Shown here: one piece after another, positions 63,146-64,000 of the stretch
How the letters are laid out: every line of letters starts with the position of its first letter
How positions within the stretch are numbered: position 1 is the first letter of the stretch
Origin: an uncultured Bacteroidales bacterium
Lineage (GTDB): Bacteria; Bacteroidota; Bacteroidia; Bacteroidales; Paludibacteraceae
DNA length: 64,000 bases
Direction of reading: 5' to 3'
Assembly (NCBI GenBank): GCA_937901025.1
Contig: CALCGR010000151.1
Span: 2,714 to 66,713 of the forward strand
The notes under the pieces: generated by a model
Told to the model about the DNA's origin: nothing
The model's database searches: none
Seen by the model: only the letters and a program-made list of their open reading frames with translations
Position numbers and translations under genes: made by a program

Positions 63146-64000
63146 ATTCGTCTATCATTGTTAAGAACTCGTCTTCGGTGACGAGTGCTACACCTAATTG
63201 TTCTGCTTTCTTTCGCTTTTCCGGTCCCATGTTCTCTCCCGCGAGAATAAACGAGGTCTTGCTGCTGACCGAACCGCTGTTCTTGCCTCCGTGCGCCTCG
63301 ATAAGGTCCTTATATTCGTCCCGCGAATGGTGAGCGAATGTACCGGAGATCACAATGGACTTGCCGGCGAGTTGCGTGCCGGCATTGCCGACATTGCCGG
63401 AATCACCGGTAAACGTGACACCTGCCTCTTGGAGACGATGTACAATCTCCAGGTTCCGTATATCGTTGAAATAAGCGATGATGTTATCGGCAATCTGGTC
63501 TCCGACATCCTCGATGGCCGTGAGTTGCTCTTTCGTAGCCCATTGCAGCTTATCAATGGACGGGAAGACGTGGGCAATCTTCTTGGCGGTGGTCTCGCCT
63601 ACCATTCGGATACCGAGGGCAAAGAGTACGCGAGGCCAAGGCACTTGTTTGGAAGCCTCGATGCCCGCTAAGATATTCTCCGCCGACTTATCGCCCAGAC
63701 GTTCTTGTCTGGCTATATCCGCGTGCTTGAGCGAATAGATATCCGCGATGGAGTGGATGAGCCCTTGCGCAAAGAGTAGGTCAATCGTTTCCTCACCGAG
63801 TCCATCTATGTTCATCGCCTTACGGCTGACGAAGTGTTCTATCTTGCCTTTTAGCTGCGGCGGACACGTCATATCATTCGGACAACGCCACGCGGCTTCC
63901 CCTTCGACCCTCACCAGCGGCGTACCGCATTCGGGACATGTCTTGATAAAGTTAAAACGACCGGCTTCGCCTGTATGACCGGCTTCGCCTGTAGGATGGA
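63135..64000 (-). CDS. ligA: NAD-dependent DNA ligase, C-terminal part (continues beyond the window)
   Basis: Zn finger TCPECGTPLVRVEGEAAWRCPNDMTCPPQ, HhH region (GLGEETIDLL, IRMVGETTAKKI), BRCT (LAGKSIVISGTF..). The frame stays open upstream of the called GTG to base 64000. Confidence 0.9.
   Translation of the reverse strand, partial: HPTGEAGHTGEAGRFNFIKTCPECGTPLVRVEGEAAWRCPNDMTCPPQLKGKIEHFVSRKAMNIDGLGEETIDLLFAQGLIHSIADIYSLKHADIARQERLGDKSAENILAGIEASKQVPWPRVLFALGIRMVGETTAKKIAHVFPSIDKLQWATKEQLTAIEDVGDQIADNIIAYFNDIRNLEIVHRLQEAGVTFTGDSGNVGNAGTQLAGKSIVISGTFAHHSRDEYKDLIEAHGGKNSGSVSSKTSFILAGENMGPEKRKKAEQLGVALVTEDEFLTMIDEYVG
63961..63996. repeat. 18-nt perfect-length tandem duplication inside ligA
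   Basis: ccggcttcgcctgtatga / ccggcttcgcctgtagga (17 of 18 identical), read on the minus strand as P-TGEAGH-TGEAGR-F. Confidence 0.85.

Overview
Bacteroidota (Bacteroidales-type) chromosomal segment, judged from repeated TTTG-N20-TAnnTTTG promoters, a SusC/SusD pair, many lipoprotein signal peptides and T9SS-type C-terminal domains. Layout: (i) 1-11 kb looks accessory. It holds a PIN toxin-antitoxin pair, a 1756-aa beta-helix T9SS surface protein with a small stand-alone paralogue of its C-terminal region, a VapD (Cas2-fold) toxin pair, a Cys-repeat T9SS protein and an outer-membrane beta-barrel. (ii) Divergent recQ / yicC. (iii) A GH115-GH26 fusion gene. (iv) A three-gene hipB-hipS-hipT-like module. 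(v) A CotH-family protein and an AraC regulator. (vi) A very large hemicellulose utilisation locus: susC-susD plus two IPT/TIG surface lipoproteins (22.9-31.8 kb), then 17 tightly packed co-directional genes (31.9-57.6 kb). These are GH10, GPH symporter, GH43, GH5, GH94, GH9-GH26, GPH symporter, cellobiose 2-epimerase, SASA-type esterase, GH5, GH43, carboxylesterase, GH27, GH2, GH31, GH5 and GH130. (vii) gmk, GH51, usp-like, cstA, dapA, a small hypothetical and ligA (partial) on the minus strand. I recognised no rRNA, tRNA, CRISPR array, integrase or transposase. The most unusual signal is about 20 short arrays (21-63 nt) of imperfect tandem 6-8 nt units. They fall into recurring sequence families and mostly sit in frame inside otherwise conserved genes (dapA, yicC, many CAZymes). 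Some supply signal peptides, a start codon or a stop codon, and one bridges a domain deletion. No standard repeat class (CRISPR, REP, MITE, IS) explains them. All family assignments come from motif recognition by eye; no database search was run.
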